Assembly (NCBI GenBank): GCA_958296135.2
Contig: CATQHZ020000001.1
Location: forward strand, 3,072,001-3,136,000
DNA length: 64,000 bases
Direction: 5' to 3'
Origin: an uncultured Poribacteria bacterium
GTDB taxonomy: Bacteria; Poribacteria; WGA-4E; WGA-3G
Under the pieces are notes generated by a model. The model was not told where the DNA came from and searched no databases. It saw nothing but the letters and a program-made list of their open reading frames with translations. Positions 28,701 through 38,941 of the stretch are shown here, one piece after another. Positions within the stretch are counted from its first letter, which is position 1. The number at the start of each line of letters is the position of its first letter. Position numbers and translations under genes: made by a program.

Positions 28701-30041
28701 TTTGGCGGCGCGCAGCGGTAACCGCGCGAGGCCCTGAATTGCCCTATCAAGCATCCGCATCCGGCTGTCCAATTTCCGTTGGAAGTCCTCTAAACTGGGA
28801 TACTGCCAGACAGGCACCTGAATCGGTTTGCCGTTTTCTAGCATTGGGTTTTCGACAAAATAGTCGTAGGTTGCGTCAACGATGCCGCGGAAATAGAGGG
28901 GATTCTGCGTGCCGGTGGCGACGTGATAGACTTCAATGCCGCCCTTCCGTGCAGTGGCTTCGGCGGCCGCCAAAATGGCGTTCACAACGAAATCGACGGG
29001 AATAATATCGAGGATAATATCTGGTTCTGCGGGGAAATCGGGTAAACGCCCTTTTGCGAAACCGACGATGAGTGGTTCCGACATCCGAAACTTGCCGAGC
29101 CACCCTGGCACGGGTTCTGCGAGACTACTCTCAATAATGGAAGGCCGGATGATAGCCGTGGGGAGTTCGCCGCGCAATTCCATCACCATCTGTTCGCCGA
29201 GGAATTTCATGTAGGTATAGGTATCGTTCCACCCCCGCGAGCGCGCGTGCTTCAACCCTGCCTCAACGAGTCGCGTCTCAAGCCATTCTGCTTGTGCCTC
29301 TTTGACTTGGGCATCGAGTCCTTTGCGGCTGCCCCGTTTATTCTGTTCTGCTCCCTGCTGAAACTGCGCGAGGCGTTCTGGCGAGTCTGCCTCTGCGTAG
29401 ATGGCATCGCTCAGAACTAGCAATTCCTCAACTTCCGCCGAGAGAGTCTGCGGGATGGTTGTGCCAGTCTTCTCCTGATGCTGCGCAGCGTAGACTTGAT
29501 AAGGAGGTGGGAGTTCCTCCGAAACTCGGCCTGGCGCGTGGCCGCAGACATACGCCGTTGAAACGTGCAGGAACACGGCGTTCTGACATCCCCTAGCGAA
29601 GGTGACGACGTGCTTGGCTGCCAGCGCGTTGCCCTTTAACGATTCGTCAAACGGCGGATCGAATTGAACTACCCCGGCGATGTTAATGAAGATTTGCACT
29701 TCGTTCTGCAGCTGTCGGTATTCTTCATCGTTGAGGCCGAGGCGTTCATGCGTGAGTTCGCCTTCAACAGCAAACAGTTTCTGCTTCGCCCAGTCATCAA
29801 AATTCTCGCCGTGCAATTGGCGAAGGGACGCGAACACATCGGAGGTTAACAGTTCGTTCTCTAACCGTTCTTGTGCAGAAGTGCGTTTTCCGTTGGAATC
29901 GGTGCGGCTCCGGATGAGCAGATAAATTTTGTGGACATCCGGAAGCGCGGTCAAAATTTTGGAGACCATGGGCTGCCCGAGGAAGGCGGTGCCGCCTGTT
30001 ATGAGTAGAACTTTCCCGCGAAAAAAATCGGCTATTGACAT
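25710..30041 (-). CDS. Multidomain fatty acyl reductase - AMP-binding - ACP - acyltransferase (ElbD-like)
   Basis: FAR YTYMK; YQGYGMTE and YTGDLG; ACP GLDSL; PlsC NHTSHLD and FPEGTRS. Confidence 0.88.
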   Translation of the reverse strand: MSIADFFRGKVLLITGGTAFLGQPMVSKILTALPDVHKIYLLIRSRTDSNGKRTSAQERLENELLTSDVFASLRQLHGENFDDWAKQKLFAVEGELTHERLGLNDEEYRQLQNEVQIFINIAGVVQFDPPFDESLKGNALAAKHVVTFARGCQNAVFLHVSTAYVCGHAPGRVSEELPPPYQVYAAQHQEKTGTTIPQTLSAEVEELLVLSDAIYAEADSPERLAQFQQGAEQNKRGSRKGLDAQVKEAQAEWLETRLVEAGLKHARSRGWNDTYTYMKFLGEQMVMELRGELPTAIIRPSIIESSLAEPVPGWLGKFRMSEPLIVGFAKGRLPDFPAEPDIILDIIPVDFVVNAILAAAEATARKGGIEVYHVATGTQNPLYFRGIVDATYDYFVENPMLENGKPIQVPVWQYPSLEDFQRKLDSRMRMLDRAIQGLARLPLRAAKRRRRKLVVKQSSIRALLHYIRIYAPYTRTNFEFETGKTQALWEALSPTEQQRFNFDVSQIHWKQYFHEIHIPGIKRHVLKLEAPTAGEATSAAQSQSDADDEAEAPAATAQAQLPNENCKDGFLRPTGDDAENPIDRISPKTIVDLVEIQAKRIPNNIALQMVNDGEWVQYTYAETYAHSRQVAFQLWKSGLRKGDRALLVSENQPEWCIAYLAAVQIGVAVVPLDAQTPAPEMLAIAEFTEAKSILVSASVLAKCSKPLTAAKPQVQNINQMTATSELPADFPNVKITPDTVASIIFTMGTTVDAKGAMLTHGGFISNVRAVAKALPPTDNERILSALPLYHALSFSCSLLMALYSGTTAIYVNALRPTTLLKTMREAKITAFIGVPRLFQMLQSTIKRQAERTETPGQTLAEKVRAVMGGEIRVLVSGGAALSAAIYDEFKAFGLTLYQGYGMTETAPVLSVNPYLKSKRDSVGPAVEGVELHIENPDSNGIGEIIAKGPSTMKGYYQNPNATEKAIRDGWLYTGDLGFMDPEGYLYITGHCKDIIVPASGKNVYPVELEALYQEHPAISEMCVVGIPYEDGADTAIHAVIVPKETNATSVDPVCHPATEEAIQKYLQARAKQVPSYQHFHKTHLWEEALPKTAEGAIDRHRVKAMLQERLARLQSAPPSEVIETAEGTPEEILASLARLARMSVNQIRPESRLDTDLGLDSLMRLDLLLLLEARLGHTIPDAMLANLQTVGDVVELTQTFHASDAEDNAAPRDSVKPIDIRQVPRWYARAFRSVIGGIYKHYFSLECHGLEHIPLGKPYIITPNHTSHLDTLTVITALGPKAYQLWTLAARDYWFANRLQGWFARNCLNALPIEREGNFTEFLQDLRVANEVMAQNNGLLVFPEGTRSLDGNLQPFKQGVLSLLIYAPDVPIIPAYIEGTYRALPKGKNLPKKHPVRIVFGKPLTFDMQAGKAHIDADRYQDFLEQARNQVAKLGSTLSKDGA

Positions 30042-30251
30042 AATTTCCTTTTCGTGTTATCATTCGTAACCGTGATACGACATGATAGGTTTAGTGTGCG
30101 TTTATTGCAAAGAGAAGACTTGGGCAGAACATCTTCGGTAGGCGCGGTTTGTCACCGTGCACGCCGCGAGGGTCCTGTTTCAAAACAAGCCTATCAGTAT
30201 TTCTAAATTTTAACGGATTTTCTGAAAAAAGTCAAGAGGATTGAATGGACG

Positions 30252-31442
30252 ATGTTAACCGAAGAAGATAAACTCCAATTTCTGCGGGAGACTGCGCTGT
30301 TTGCAGCACTCCCGCCGGCGGAATTAAAATTAATCTGCGATATCGCCCGCGAGGTAACTTACCCTGCTGAGGAGACGCTGTTTGAAGAGGGCGACGAAGG
30401 CGATTCACTCTACCTGCTCGTTAATGGCGAAGTCAGCATTATCAAGGCTGAGACCGAGGTGTTGTCTTTCGATGAGCAAGGGTATTGCATCGGCGAGATA
30501 GCCATGATTGATGACCAGGCGCGTAGTGCCACCGTCAAAACGGCGGTTCCGACACAGTTTCTGCAAATTACCCGGCACGACTTTCATGAGGCGATGAGAC
30601 GGGAGCCGCTGATCGGCATCGGCATGTTTCGGGTGCTGAACAACAAAATCCGGCGCGATTTGGAAATTCAGATGGATGCCATCCGCAAGGACATCGCGCA
30701 GGAGGAATCGATGCGGCTCGCCGCGGAGGTGCAACAATCGATTCTACCTAACGAAGAAATTGATACGTTGTGTTTAACCTCTGCCGGGTATTGCAAACCG
30801 ACGAATAGCGTCGGCGGCGACTATTACGATTATCTCTATCTCTCTGGCGACCGGGTGGCCCTCTTCATCGGCGATGTGATGGGGCACGGCTACCACTCGG
30901 CGATGGTGGCGGCGATGACGAAGAGCTGCTTGCAAACCCAAATCCGTTTTGACGCTTCCGTGCCGGAAGTCATGAATGCCATCAATCGCGTCGCAGAGGA
31001 AGACGTGCAGGCGTTTACTTACCAGACTTGCTGTTACGTCATCATTCATCCGGATAACCGGATGGAGTTTTCCAATGCGGGCCATCCCGCGATGCTCCTC
31101 TTCCGGGCCGGGCAGCAGCAGGCGGAGCCTCTTGAACTGAAATCGTCCTTTACGCCTGTTGGCATCTCCAGGTTCCTGTCGCAGCCAGAGACAAACTACT
31201 CCGGCAAAGAACTCGCGTGGTATCCGGGAGACTTGCTCGTCCTTTACTCCGATGGCATCACAGAGGCATTTAACCCAGCATCTGAAATGTATGGGCTCGA
31301 CCGTTTCAAAGCCGTGCTGTCTGAAAAACGGCACTTACCGCCCGCGAACATCAAACAGGCAGTGCTGGCAGACCTCGGGGCGCATCAGCAGAGTGCCGCT
31401 GCCAATGATGATATTACCTTAGTTATCGCGAAATTCCGGTAG
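30252..31442 (+). CDS. cNMP-binding domain + SpoIIE/PP2C phosphatase
   Basis: GEIAMIDDQARSATV; VGGDYYD, GDVMGHG, YSDGITEA, DDITL. Confidence 0.9.
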   Translation: MLTEEDKLQFLRETALFAALPPAELKLICDIAREVTYPAEETLFEEGDEGDSLYLLVNGEVSIIKAETEVLSFDEQGYCIGEIAMIDDQARSATVKTAVPTQFLQITRHDFHEAMRREPLIGIGMFRVLNNKIRRDLEIQMDAIRKDIAQEESMRLAAEVQQSILPNEEIDTLCLTSAGYCKPTNSVGGDYYDYLYLSGDRVALFIGDVMGHGYHSAMVAAMTKSCLQTQIRFDASVPEVMNAINRVAEEDVQAFTYQTCCYVIIHPDNRMEFSNAGHPAMLLFRAGQQQAEPLELKSSFTPVGISRFLSQPETNYSGKELAWYPGDLLVLYSDGITEAFNPASEMYGLDRFKAVLSEKRHLPPANIKQAVLADLGAHQQSAAANDDITLVIAKFR

Positions 31443-31467
31443 GAGCGATTCAAAAAGGCTGCTCATA

Positions 31468-31647
31468 CCGTGGCGCGGGGGCCTGTCTCCCGCAATCGTT
31501 GATTGTGATCGGTTTGATCGATGCCTGACGAGGGGAACCCTCGGCGATTCGCTATCGCCGGGCCCTCGCCCTACGGTATCCGGGGCCCTGGCGGCACGGC
31601 GAGGGAAACCCTCGGCGATTCGTGCTCGCTGGGCCCTCGCCCTACGG
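31468..31647. repeat. REP family A cluster
   Basis: Copies of gaggg(g/a)aaccctcggcgattc...gggccctcgccctacgg. Confidence 0.8.
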
Positions 31648-31659
31648 TGCCAAGCAATT

Positions 31660-32859
31660 CTATAACCGAGCCACTGCGTAATGCAGAATATTCTCCATCA
31701 ACGCCTTATTCATCGTCGTCGTATATTGGCTATCGTTGCGGAGGCTGGTAATGATATAGAGCCCCTTGCCATATTTGCGCACGCCGACAACGAGTTCGTT
31801 CCCTCCCGGGGTTGTCGCCAAAATTTCGTCACGTCGTTCCCACTTCTTCCATGAATCATCAATAAAGATTGTGCCGGACTCGATCTTGTTCGGTGTGGAG
31901 AAGAGTGAACTGCCCTTTTTTGTCACGACAAAATTTTGCGTCGGGGGGCTCTCTACGCCTTTCAGTTTGCCGTGTAGCCATCCGATGCCGCAAGGATTTT
32001 CCTCGCTGCTGTCTTGTCCGGTGACGATAACAATGCCGCCTTTCTTAACGAAGTCTCGGATTTTCTTCTCTGTTTCAGGGGAGAGGTGGTAGCGTCCGTA
32101 ACTTGATATTTCCTCGTATCCCATCCACAGCATATCGGCTTCGTTGAGGTTGGCGAGTTTTCTATCTTGGACAGGTTCGTAAACTATGTGGCGTTTCCCG
32201 GCTTTCTTCGTTGCGCGCAGTGCTTGATACTCATACGTCATCGTGTTGGTGTAGACTTCCACCTGACTCCACGTTGAGTGCGTGCTATTGCCGGTGAGGA
32301 CGAGCGTCTTCACGGCGTTTTCGGGCGCGCCTACCCACATCTTCCCAGCAAGTATCTCCCGGACAATTTTTTGGAACGCCTTCGTTTTTCCCTTAAACGT
32401 GCGCGACATCATCGGATCGATGTGCGTGAAACTCCACCATGAACCGGCGGTGTATCTGCCGTGATACCCACGCATTTGGAACCACGTGTTATCGACAAAA
32501 CACATGCTGTCGATACCGTAGTGTTGGCGGTAGAAAACGATAATCGGCATCCCGGGTTCAAGCAGTTTCGCCAGTTTTTCGGGAGAAGTGCCGCGTTTGT
32601 AGTGCCCGGTGGCGAAGTTCATATTAATTTCCTTCATACCGCATTCGCCTTTGACATCCTCCTGCACGGTGACGATGCCTCTCAGGCGGCGTTTGTCAAC
32701 GCTTTTGACTTCGCCGAAGACGATGTTGGTGCAGGCATCAAGCACTTCGCGAATGGTATATTCACGTTCAATAAACGCGGCCGTTTCCGATGGCGCGAAC
32801 AGCAGGCCGATGAAACAGCACGCGAGGACTGAGGCGGTGAGGTTGTGTGTCCAATGCAC
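31660..32859 (-). CDS. Secreted hypothetical protein
   Basis: GTG start with AGGAGG RBS; signal peptide; GATase-like C-terminal segment. Confidence 0.65.
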   Translation of the reverse strand: MHWTHNLTASVLACCFIGLLFAPSETAAFIEREYTIREVLDACTNIVFGEVKSVDKRRLRGIVTVQEDVKGECGMKEINMNFATGHYKRGTSPEKLAKLLEPGMPIIVFYRQHYGIDSMCFVDNTWFQMRGYHGRYTAGSWWSFTHIDPMMSRTFKGKTKAFQKIVREILAGKMWVGAPENAVKTLVLTGNSTHSTWSQVEVYTNTMTYEYQALRATKKAGKRHIVYEPVQDRKLANLNEADMLWMGYEEISSYGRYHLSPETEKKIRDFVKKGGIVIVTGQDSSEENPCGIGWLHGKLKGVESPPTQNFVVTKKGSSLFSTPNKIESGTIFIDDSWKKWERRDEILATTPGGNELVVGVRKYGKGLYIITSLRNDSQYTTTMNKALMENILHYAVARL

Positions 32860-33199
32860 GGTGCAATTCCTCCTTTTACGTAAGTTGACATTTATTATAG
32901 CATATTTTGTATAAACTTGGCAAGAAAAAAATTGGGGTGGTGGGCGGAGAAAAAATGCTCGGAATATCATTCGGACGAGGATGTCTACCGCGGCGCAGCT
33001 AAGTGTCTGAATGAGGCTCGCGAGGGACAGTGGACATCTCTGCAGCCTCGCTGCAGAGATGACAACGTTTCGGCGTGACGGCTCTCGCGCTACGGGCTAA
33101 GCGGTAGGGCGAGGGACAGGCTCTCGCCGTGCTGCGGACCGGGGCCGTTTTTTCAGATTCCTTCTTGACATTCAAAACGGTTTAAGGTATGCTTCCATC

Positions 33200-34738
33200 A
33201 TGCTGAACACGCCAAAAATCTTTGACGCTGCCATCTACGTTGGGTTTCTTATTTTTGTGCTATCGCTGCCGTTCGGGTATTCAACGGTGTTCCTGAACCT
33301 CGGGATGTCGCTAGTGCTCGTCGGATGGGTGGGCAGAACCATCTTGGAGCGGAAACTCGGCTGGCACCGCACTGCGCTTGACTTGCCAATCGCGCTCTTT
33401 TTAGGATTGGCCTTGGTGGCATCGTTCTTCGCGCCGCATCCTGCCACGAGTAGCCTCGGCTATTTTTGGAAATGGCTCCGGGCAGTTCTCCTCTTTTACG
33501 CCGTTGTCCACTGTCGTCTTGGACATCGGTGGCGGCACGTTGTCGTTGCGTTTATCCTTGCCGGTGGGATTTCCTCTGCGCTGGGGCTCTGGTATTACGC
33601 CAACGACGCGCAGTTGGCGATGGATTTTATGGGACGAATGCCGTTAGCGTATCAGGCGGAAATGCCCGATGGCAACGGATACCGCATTTCGGGGGAACTG
33701 CGCGCCGAATTGCGGAAGCACAACATGCCGCTTTCGCCGAGCGCGGTGTTCGTGCCATCAAAAGTACCTGACGAGTGGCGCATCGAGGATGCCGAGCGAG
33801 AGAGACGTTACACGATTCGGAAGAGCGAAACATATCTGATGGTTTACATGATAGAACCGCGGCTCACGGGGACGTTCAAAATGCCGAACGACTTGGGTGC
33901 GTATCTCGCGCTCCTCCTTCCGTTAACGCTCGGCTATTTTGTTGCCAGTATTCGCGCATGTCTGTCTCAGTCGGTAGGCGCGCGTTGGAAGCGTGCACAC
34001 CGCTGGTTCTCCTTCGCGCTTGGCACAGCCCTAGTCCTGATGTGTGCGAATTTGGCGTTGACTTTGACTCGCGCGGCGTGGGTGAGCGTTGCCGTTACGG
34101 CAGGCTTTTTGTTCCTAGTGGTTGTTCGGGCTCGGGCTGGCGATAGCGCGAGGGACAGGCCCTCGCGCTACGGTGGGAGGGCGGTAAAATGGTGCTTTCT
34201 ACTATTCTTAACCGCTGTCACCGTGGTGCTATCGCTATTTTTTATCCCTCGGCATATCCAGACACGCTTCCAGACGATGCTGGAGCATCCCGCGGGGTTC
34301 ATGGGGGAACGTCCGCAATGGTGGCAGACTTCGCTTGAGCTCATTCGGCACTATCCGCTGACAGGCATCGGATTGGGTAGGTTTCGTTATGAATATCAAC
34401 TGAACGGCCCGCCAAACCAGTATAACATCCCGTATCATTCGCATAACATCTATTTGCACATCGCCGTTGAGCACGGTATTCCTTCGCTTTTCGTGTTCGT
34501 GTGGATGCTCGTGATTATCTGTCGGCAGGTACTCGCGATGCGGAAGGCGAATGATTTTTGGGGGATGGGCATTTTTATCGGTGGGAGCGGATCCCTGCTC
34601 TCTGCGCTGGTTTACGGGCTTGCCGATAATGTGCTGCACCACCGTTCGTTGTTGATTTTCTGGTTTATTGTTGGTTTGATTTTTGTTGTTCCTCGTGATG
34701 GTTCAGTTGCCTCTGGGGATACGCGCTTGCCTGAGTAG
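33200..34738 (+). CDS. O-antigen ligase family membrane protein
   Basis: Multi-TM; RLTGTFKMPN, TLTRAAW, GIGLG, HSHNIYL; upstream TTGACA-17-TATGCT. Confidence 0.85.
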   Translation: MLNTPKIFDAAIYVGFLIFVLSLPFGYSTVFLNLGMSLVLVGWVGRTILERKLGWHRTALDLPIALFLGLALVASFFAPHPATSSLGYFWKWLRAVLLFYAVVHCRLGHRWRHVVVAFILAGGISSALGLWYYANDAQLAMDFMGRMPLAYQAEMPDGNGYRISGELRAELRKHNMPLSPSAVFVPSKVPDEWRIEDAERERRYTIRKSETYLMVYMIEPRLTGTFKMPNDLGAYLALLLPLTLGYFVASIRACLSQSVGARWKRAHRWFSFALGTALVLMCANLALTLTRAAWVSVAVTAGFLFLVVVRARAGDSARDRPSRYGGRAVKWCFLLFLTAVTVVLSLFFIPRHIQTRFQTMLEHPAGFMGERPQWWQTSLELIRHYPLTGIGLGRFRYEYQLNGPPNQYNIPYHSHNIYLHIAVEHGIPSLFVFVWMLVIICRQVLAMRKANDFWGMGIFIGGSGSLLSALVYGLADNVLHHRSLLIFWFIVGLIFVVPRDGSVASGDTRLPE

Positions 34739-34897
34739 GCCGTCCAGCAGCATTTAGTTTCCCATTTCTGTCGTTTGAGATGAGTTCGCCAGAGCTCAAA
34801 CAGTGGGCATCTCTGCTGGAAAACCGGCAGGGATGAACGCGAAGAGGCGTAACGGCCCTCGCCTTACGGGGGCCGGGGGTGTTTGCGTGGTGAGAGA

Positions 34898-35017
34898 CAG
34901 TGGACATCTCTGCAGCGAGGCGGCAGAGATGACAAAGTTAAAGTAAGGTAGCATGCTTTCGCGGGGCGACACACGCACGTTTGCTGTAGGCGTGACCGTA
35001 ACGGCCCTCGCCCTACG
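34898..35017 (+). repeat. Composite repeat, with copies at 36303-36566 and a partial copy at ~33028-33070
   Basis: agtgg(a/c)catctctgcagc...gc(g/t)gcagagatgaca..gttaaagtaaggtag followed by cacgtttgctgtaggcgtgaccg and a REP. Confidence 0.75.
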
Positions 35018-36272
35018 GGAACGGTGGGGGAAAATTCTCAATAATCGCCGCGCCGAATTCGGACGTGCGCACCTTTGTTGCGCCCTCCATTAACCGCTCC
35101 AAGTCATACGTCACTCGCTTTTGGAGGAGAGTTTTCTCCAACCCCGCGATAACCAAATCCGCGGCTTCTTGCCAGCCGATATGCTCCAGCATCATCACAG
35201 CGGAGAGGATCAGCGAGCCTGGGTTGACGACATCCTGGTCGGTGTATTTAGGTGCGGTGCCGTGCGTTGCCTCAAATAGCGCAACATCGTCACTCAGGTT
35301 GCCGCCGGGTGCCATGCCGATGCCGCCTACCTGTGCGGCGGCTGCATCGGACAGATAGTCACCGTTGAGATTCGGTGTGACGATGACATCGTACTCATCG
35401 GTGCGCGTCAGAATCTGTTGCAACATGCTGTCCGCGATCCGGTCGTTGACGAGGATTTTTCCTTCGGGGAGATTCCCATCGTAGTCGCTGTAGAGTTCGT
35501 CTTCGGTCAGGGTTACATCGGCGAATTCCTCTTTGGCGAGTTCATATCCCCAGGCGCAGAATGCGCCTTCGGTGAACTTCATGATGTTGCCTTTGTGAAC
35601 AAAGGTGACGGTGCGTCTGCCGTGATTGAGCGCGTATTGAATCGCCATCCGCGCTAAGCGTTTCGTGCCGAAAATGCTGATGGGCTTGATTCCAACGCCG
35701 GAGTCTTGGCGGATTTCCACTCCCATCTCGGTGCGGAGCAGTTCGATCACCTTATGCACTTCTGGTGTGCCTTGTTCCCACTCAATCCCGGCGTAGACAT
35801 CTTCGGTATTCTCCCGAAAGATGACGACATCCATCTTTTCTGGATGCGTAACAGGAGCGGGGACACCCTGAAAATAGCGGACGGGTCTGACGCAGGCGTA
35901 AAGTTCAAGCACCTGACGCAATGTCACGTTTAAGCTGCGAAAGCCGCCGCCAACCGGTGTTGTCAACGGGCCTTTCAAGGCGACACGGAAGTGTTCAATT
36001 GCTTTGAAGGTATCCTGCGGCAGCCATTCGTTGTATTTTTCAAAGGCGTTTTCGCCGGCGTAGATATCAAACCAGATAATCTGTTTTTCGGTGCCGTAGG
36101 CGGTCTGGATGGCGGCATTGACGACGCGTCGGGTGACTTTCATGATGTCTCGGCCGATGCCATCGCCTTCGATAACAGGGATAATAGGCTTGTTGGGGAC
36201 AACCATTCGTCCATCGCCTGTCTCAATTTTGTCGCCTTCGGATGGGACTGTTAATTGCTCAAATTCAATCAT
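35013..36272 (-). CDS. icd: NADP-dependent isocitrate dehydrogenase
   Basis: [50 protein letters not shown]. Confidence 0.96.
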   Translation of the reverse strand: MIEFEQLTVPSEGDKIETGDGRMVVPNKPIIPVIEGDGIGRDIMKVTRRVVNAAIQTAYGTEKQIIWFDIYAGENAFEKYNEWLPQDTFKAIEHFRVALKGPLTTPVGGGFRSLNVTLRQVLELYACVRPVRYFQGVPAPVTHPEKMDVVIFRENTEDVYAGIEWEQGTPEVHKVIELLRTEMGVEIRQDSGVGIKPISIFGTKRLARMAIQYALNHGRRTVTFVHKGNIMKFTEGAFCAWGYELAKEEFADVTLTEDELYSDYDGNLPEGKILVNDRIADSMLQQILTRTDEYDVIVTPNLNGDYLSDAAAAQVGGIGMAPGGNLSDDVALFEATHGTAPKYTDQDVVNPGSLILSAVMMLEHIGWQEAADLVIAGLEKTLLQKRVTYDLERLMEGATKVRTSEFGAAIIENFPPPFP

Positions 36273-36367
36273 TTTTGTTGTTCCTAGTAACATGGCGAGG
36301 GGCAGTGGCCATCTCTGCAGCGCGGCTGCAGAGATGACAGCGTTAAAGTAAGGTAGTTTGCTTTTAT

Positions 36368-36453
36368 AGTTTTTGACGCAGTGTTATTCGCAAAACCGAA
36401 TAACACATCTTCGGAAACCGTTTGGCTTTCGCAAACTGCCTACGTCAAAAACT
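36368..36453. repeat. Two-hairpin mini-element, same family as 50190-50279
   Basis: Terminal IR agtttttgacg/cgtcaaaaact enclosing gtgttattcg/cgaataacac and gtttg/caaac hairpins. Confidence 0.75.
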
Positions 36454-36601
36454 GCAGCGATGCAAAGGTCACGTCTATCAAGACAGGCGAGCTGCCTCGC
36501 CAGAGCGACTGACTACCGTAAACACGTTTGCTGTAGGCGTGACCGGGACGGCCCTCGCGCTACGGTGGCTCAGTAATAATTATGAGAGACCGGTTCTCGC
36601 C

Positions 36602-38161
36602 CTACCGGTCAAAAGCGTTCGCGCCTGCTAGCCGGTTGTGCAGTGCCACCACCTCGTTTGCGATAGTCATATCGTCAGTGGGTGTTGGGATGATCTCGGG
36701 GTGCGGCGGGATGACCGGCCGGATAATCTTCAGTTGCAGTTGCTCGCGTGCATCCATCATCCATCCGAATCCGCGGAAAATGTATGTCAGGAGCGTCCGG
36801 TCGCTTTCGTAGATGTCAAGTCCTTCTTGTACTGCCCATCCGCCGAAGTCGGTGTTGGGTGTGACGCGAAGCGGCGGGTCATTTTCACGGCCGGGGCGCA
36901 CGATGCCGTCAATGAAAGCGAGTTGATAAATGCGCTGGATAATCCCCAACCGTTTCTTCTGCCTGTCGCTGAGTTGAACGTCTCCGTTATCAACGGCTTC
37001 AAGGAAGGGGTTGAGATAGATGGCGGGCCTCGGGTCTTGCTGGATTTCGTCGGTGCGTCCAGCGGCGGCGATTTCTGGGTGCCCAAAGGTCGGTAGCGCG
37101 ATGAGCATTCGTGCGCGGATGGCTTCTTCTCGCGCGTCGGCATCGAGCGGTTCAAGTTGGTTCATAAACGCTGTCATGTCGTGAATTGCGCCGAAGTGCC
37201 GGTCTCCGTCTAATGTCATTTGGGAGGCGACGAAGAAGTCAGAGACTGCGCCCGTATGTAAGGTGGCGAGGTAGCGCGCGACGACGTTGGAACCGGCGGA
37301 GCCGTGGTGCGTCTGGATGATGCCCATTCGTTCCAAAATGTTCGCCTCGACGGGGCTCGCGTGTCTACCGAGGAGGAGGCTATAGCAAGTTTGGAAGGCA
37401 GTCTTCCCGCTTTTTTGGTGTTCCACGATGAGGTCCTTCGCGCGCATGGCGAGCACCTGCGGATGCAATGCAGTGTTGCCCCGGAGTTGGTGCCGCATGT
37501 AAACGGAGACTGCGCCCAAGGCGACATTTTCCATGTGCGCTCCGATGAGCTCAAAGAGGAGCGAGCCGGGGTTCCGTGTGCTGTTAATGCCGCGCTGCCG
37601 CGGTGCGTTGAGTTTGCGGAGCGTCGAGAAATGTTGAATGACTGCCTCGGGGCCAGCTTCCGGGAAGGCTTTGACGAACTCCGCGACCTGGTTGATGAGG
37701 CGTTGTTTGCCGTTCACACTGTCCCGGCGGGTGTCAGCGAACCGATAAAACTTCCTATCTATTAATTCTGACAAGACGGCCTCTTCATCGAGTCCATCGG
37801 TGTCCTTTTCCGGTTTCCTGCCGAAGAGTCCGGCGAAGATAACAAACGCGGGGCTGAGCCGTTCGGCGACAATCTCGCTCTCCAAAACGATGCCGCGGAT
37901 TGCGAAACTTCGGATATTCAGGGTTATCTCTGTCTCCGCACATTTCACCGCGGTTTTGTGTAACGCGGGATTCGCGAAGACAGTCGTGGATTGAGGCATT
38001 GAACTGAAACTATTAAGCACCGCGGTAATTTGTTCTTCACCGAGTTCATCAGCGCGTGCTATGGATTCTGTCACGGGCGCATACGCTGAGGCATCGGGGA
38101 GGTAGGATAGGGTTTTCCTGACCGCGGCGACTTTTTTCGCCTCCAAATTTTTATTGAACAT
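36602..38161 (-). CDS. Divergent citrate synthase-superfamily protein
   Basis: THHGS, DRHFGA, TFGHP, DPR, PNTDF, RGFGW motifs; AAGGAG RBS; upstream of icd. Confidence 0.72.
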   Translation of the reverse strand: MFNKNLEAKKVAAVRKTLSYLPDASAYAPVTESIARADELGEEQITAVLNSFSSMPQSTTVFANPALHKTAVKCAETEITLNIRSFAIRGIVLESEIVAERLSPAFVIFAGLFGRKPEKDTDGLDEEAVLSELIDRKFYRFADTRRDSVNGKQRLINQVAEFVKAFPEAGPEAVIQHFSTLRKLNAPRQRGINSTRNPGSLLFELIGAHMENVALGAVSVYMRHQLRGNTALHPQVLAMRAKDLIVEHQKSGKTAFQTCYSLLLGRHASPVEANILERMGIIQTHHGSAGSNVVARYLATLHTGAVSDFFVASQMTLDGDRHFGAIHDMTAFMNQLEPLDADAREEAIRARMLIALPTFGHPEIAAAGRTDEIQQDPRPAIYLNPFLEAVDNGDVQLSDRQKKRLGIIQRIYQLAFIDGIVRPGRENDPPLRVTPNTDFGGWAVQEGLDIYESDRTLLTYIFRGFGWMMDAREQLQLKIIRPVIPPHPEIIPTPTDDMTIANEVVALHNRLAGANAFDR

Positions 38162-38411
38162 GAAATCTCCTTCGTTAATAGTCATTTTCGCCTGTCGCGT
38201 GCAGACGTTCCGGTTAATTCGTCTGCGCGTGCGCGCCGCCAAAAGTGGCAACGAATGTTTTTAATTTACCGTGCCTATCGTTGTTAATTATTCTGACCTG
38301 GGAATAGCTCAGCACCATTCCCTGTATGACATGCCGGTCAAGACCCGGGGAACTCCTCTCCACTTAACAGGGGTGAGACAAATCAACGTCGTTTGGTATT
38401 AAGTCTTAATT

Positions 38412-38481
38412 ATTTTACCAAAACAGCCATTAAAAGTCAAGATAAAAATAATTTGCACAAATTGAGAAATTGTAGTATCAT
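38412..38481. promoter_or_regulatory. Back-to-back sigma70 promoters
   Basis: Minus strand TTGACT-17-TAAAAT (38440-38412); plus strand TTGCAC-17-TATCAT (38453-38481). Confidence 0.7.
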
Positions 38482-38656
38482 TTTAATGAGCGATATGATT
38501 TGAAGTCACTGCGCGTCTCTTTTGACTTGCGCGGTGCTTAGCATTTATTTTTTTCCAAATAGGACGGACGCAGCACACCCCGTAGGCGCGGTTTGTAACC
38601 GCGCTACCGGCACCTGTGAATTTTGCGAAGGTCCGGATAGATAAGGAGTTAACGCT

Positions 38657-38941
38657 ATGCGCAATGAAGCATTAGGAATGGTTGAAACCCGCGGGCTTAT
38701 CGGCGCGATAGAAGCCGCTGACACTATGGTAAAAGCCGCTAACGTGAAATTAGTCGGCAAGGAGCAGGTAGGCGGCGGTTTCGTCACTGTCATGGTTCGT
38801 GGGGATGTCGGTGCAGTGCAGGCTGCGACAGAAGCAGGCGCGGAGGCCGCGAAATCGGTAGGCGAGTTAGTCTCGGTGCACGTTATCCCGCGCCCGCATT
38901 CAGATGTGGAAATCATCCTCGGTGGGACAGCGGACGAATAA
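38657..38941 (+). CDS. Bacterial microcompartment hexameric shell protein (EutM/PduA-like)
   Basis: [38 protein letters not shown]. Confidence 0.95.
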   Translation: MRNEALGMVETRGLIGAIEAADTMVKAANVKLVGKEQVGGGFVTVMVRGDVGAVQAATEAGAEAAKSVGELVSVHVIPRPHSDVEIILGGTADE

